Source: an uncultured Acidimicrobiales bacterium
GTDB taxonomy: Bacteria > Actinomycetota > Acidimicrobiia > Acidimicrobiales > CAWCAL01
DNA: 64,000 nt
Assembly: GCA_963695075.1 (NCBI GenBank)
Contig: CAVOFR010000007.1
Coordinates: 1,616,904-1,680,903, forward strand
Direction: 5' to 3'
The notes beneath the pieces are model-generated. The model saw nothing but the letters and a program-made list of their open reading frames with translations. It was not told the origin of the DNA and did no database searches. The position numbers and the translations under genes are program-made. Positions 62,137-64,000 of the stretch are shown here, in pieces; position 1 is the first letter of the stretch; each line of letters opens with the position of its first letter.

Positions 62137-63765
62137 ATGGCCAATCTCGAGCGTGAGTACGACGTCATCATCGTCGGCGGTGGACCCAACGGGCTCGTCG
62201 CCGCCTCGTATCTCGGCCGGGCCGGGGCGAAGGTGCTGCTGTTGGAGCGGCACCACGAGCTCGGCGGGGGACTGATCACCGAGGAGTGGTCGGGCTTCCG
62301 TTTCAACACCCACGCCAAGCTCATGATGATGATGGACGTGGCCCCGGCCTACACCGATCTCGAGCTCGAGAGTTGGGGCTGCACGTACAAGAGGCCCGAC
62401 GCGGCGGCTGCCATCTTCACGCGCGACGGGCGGGCGCTGACCCTGTACTCCGACATCGAGCGCACCGCGGCATCGATCGCCCGATTCTCGCCGACCGACG
62501 CGGACACTTACGTCGAGGTCATGAACGAGTGGGATCTCATCGTCGACGAGGCGCTCGTCCCCGCGACATTCACGCTGCCGATGCCGATGCTCGACATGGT
62601 GGTCTCGTACCAGCAGACCGACATCGGCGAGGCCGTCAACGAGATGGCCGAGGAGACGTTCCTCGAGACACTCGACGCCGCCGGTTTCGAGAGCGAACTG
62701 CTCAAGACGGCCATCCTCTACCTCGGCACGATGTACGGCATGGATCCCGACGGCGGCCTGGGCTTCCTCCTCCCGCTGTTCTACAACCGCATCCTGCGAT
62801 CGAGCATCATCTCGAACGGCTCGCATCAGCTGGCAGGCTCGCTGGCGCGCTTCGCGAACAACAACGGAGTGACCCTCGAGAGGGCAGCACCGGTCGCCAG
62901 GATCCTCTGCGACGGGACCAAGGCCGTAGGCGTCCGGCTCGAGTCCGGCGACGAGGTCTTCGCCAAGAAGATCGTCACGACCACCGACCCGCAGATGACG
63001 TTCCTCGAGATGGTCGGCGAGGACGTGTGCAACCAGGCGTCTCCCACCCTGGTCGATCAGACCAAGGCGTGGGAGTGGGAGTCGACCAGCACGGTCAACG
63101 TGCACTACGCGCTCGATCGGCGGCCGGAGCACACCGCCGCCGCCTTCGATCCCGACGCCGACCGCGCCCTCGTCAAGATCATGGGCGTCGAGACGGTCGA
63201 GGAGCTCCTCGCTCACATCGACGGCGTCCGCGGCGGTCGGTTCGGCCTGGTGGGCGCCGGGATGACGCTGACCGACTTCGACCCCATGCAGGCGCCGATC
63301 GATGTGGAGCCGGGCTCGGCGGTCGCGTGCTGGGAGACGCTCGCCCCCTACGACAACGCGGACGGCGACTGGGACGATCTGGCCGAGGGCTACTCGAAGC
63401 AGATCCTCGACTCGTGGGCCGAATACGCGCCGAATCTGGCCGACGCGACGGTGGTCCGCAGTTACGTCAACCACCCTCGCTACATCGAGGCCAAACTGCC
63501 GAACATGAAGAGGGGCTCGATCAAGCACGGGGCGTACGTCACCACGCAGATGCTGTCCAACCGGCCCAACGTCGACTGCTCGAGTCATCGGACCCCGATC
63601 GAGAACCTCTACCTCGCCGGCGCGAGCGTCTGGCCGGGGGGAATGGTGCTGCTCGCGGGTGGGTACAACGCCGCTGGTGTCGTCGCCGACGACCTGGGAA
63701 TCGACCGTTGGTGGGACGAGCCCGACTTCGTCATCGCGGCCCGCGAGCAAGGGCTGGTGGGCTGA
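62137..63765 (+). CDS. FAD-dependent oxidoreductase, CrtI family (paralog H)
   Basis: YDVIIVGGGPNGLVAASYLGRAGAKVLLLERHHELGGG. C-terminal ADDLGIDRWW. Confidence 0.8.
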   Translation: MANLEREYDVIIVGGGPNGLVAASYLGRAGAKVLLLERHHELGGGLITEEWSGFRFNTHAKLMMMMDVAPAYTDLELESWGCTYKRPDAAAAIFTRDGRALTLYSDIERTAASIARFSPTDADTYVEVMNEWDLIVDEALVPATFTLPMPMLDMVVSYQQTDIGEAVNEMAEETFLETLDAAGFESELLKTAILYLGTMYGMDPDGGLGFLLPLFYNRILRSSIISNGSHQLAGSLARFANNNGVTLERAAPVARILCDGTKAVGVRLESGDEVFAKKIVTTTDPQMTFLEMVGEDVCNQASPTLVDQTKAWEWESTSTVNVHYALDRRPEHTAAAFDPDADRALVKIMGVETVEELLAHIDGVRGGRFGLVGAGMTLTDFDPMQAPIDVEPGSAVACWETLAPYDNADGDWDDLAEGYSKQILDSWAEYAPNLADATVVRSYVNHPRYIEAKLPNMKRGSIKHGAYVTTQMLSNRPNVDCSSHRTPIENLYLAGASVWPGGMVLLAGGYNAAGVVADDLGIDRWWDEPDFVIAAREQGLVG

Positions 63766-64000
63766 TGGACTTCTGGTCGAAGGGCCTCGGCAAGCGCACG
63801 GTCAGCCTGCGGTTGAGCGACGGTGAGGCCATCAAGAGCGGAGACCGGCTCTATGTCAGGGGGACGACCGAGGAGCCGGTCGTGTGGGACTACATCATGC
63901 CGTTGCAGGGCGACGACCTCGTCGAGGTCGTCGGTCTCCTGGGTGATCGGCGCGTCGTCGAGTACCTGTACCGGTCGCCGGATCGGTGGCGGCTCTACGG
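63765..64000 (+). CDS. Small conserved hypothetical protein (MDFWSKGLGKR.. family), copy 2; truncated by the window end
   Basis: My own translation: MDFWSKGLGKRTVSLRLSDGEAIKSGDRLYVRGTTEEPVVWDYIMPLQGDDLVEVVGLLGDRRVVEYLYRSPDRWRLY.. The ATG overlaps the TGA of paralog H. Confidence 0.6.
   Translation, partial: MDFWSKGLGKRTVSLRLSDGEAIKSGDRLYVRGTTEEPVVWDYIMPLQGDDLVEVVGLLGDRRVVEYLYRSPDRWRLY

Noticed and set aside
60610-63750. 1046-aa ORF on the minus strand spanning both CrtI-like genes G and H.
   Set aside because: It is antisense to two ORFs with clear FAD-fold motifs. Its product is Arg/Gly/Val/Asp-rich with no recognisable domain. This is a typical high-GC antisense artefact.
1-64000. Search for tRNA, rRNA, CRISPR arrays, prophage or defence-system genes.
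   Set aside because: No non-coding gap exceeds ~180 nt. I noticed no direct-repeat/spacer arrays and no cloverleaf-like segments. The only nuclease-like gene is the DUF222/HNH element, which has no partner genes typical of defence systems.

Overview
This is a densely coded, visibly high-GC window. The codon bias and the DUF222/HNH gene look actinobacterial, but taxonomy cannot be proven from here. I found no rRNA, tRNA or CRISPR. Almost the whole window is one large catabolic island that looks built for oxygen-independent attack on a hydrophobic or branched (isoprenoid-, steroid- or alkyl-type) substrate, followed by CoA-thioester processing.

Main contents:
- Four paralogous molybdopterin (type II DMSO-reductase family, EBDH/S25DH-like) catalytic subunits. 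None has a Tat signal, and the window holds only one gamma-beta-delta accessory set, in the unusual order alpha-gamma-beta-delta.
- Each other alpha has a different partner. One is translationally coupled to a nitroreductase-like protein, two paralogous 4-TM proteins and a truncated adenylate-forming homolog. One is followed by an anSME-type radical-SAM/SPASM protein with a SEC-C tail. One is an orphan, divergent from an acyl-CoA synthetase.
- Eight FAD oxidoreductases (seven CrtI/phytoene-desaturase-like, one PPOX/amine-oxidase-like) in arrays of 3, 3 and 2. The pair is bracketed by two copies of a small uncharacterised protein.
- Five DUF35 modules (four free-standing proteins plus one fusion domain) and four SCP-x-type thiolase-like genes. 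These include one thiolase homolog without the nucleophilic Cys and one HMG-CoA-synthase-like::DUF35 fusion.
- EtfBA, crotonases, an acyl-CoA dehydrogenase, an SDR, an LLM oxidoreductase, a Liv-type ABC importer, and Rrf2, MarR and TetR regulators.
- A DUF222/HNH gene abutting a frameshifted IS1380-like transposase relic, which interrupts the island.

Many long ORFs in the six-frame track are antisense or out-of-frame artefacts of the GC bias, and I rejected them.
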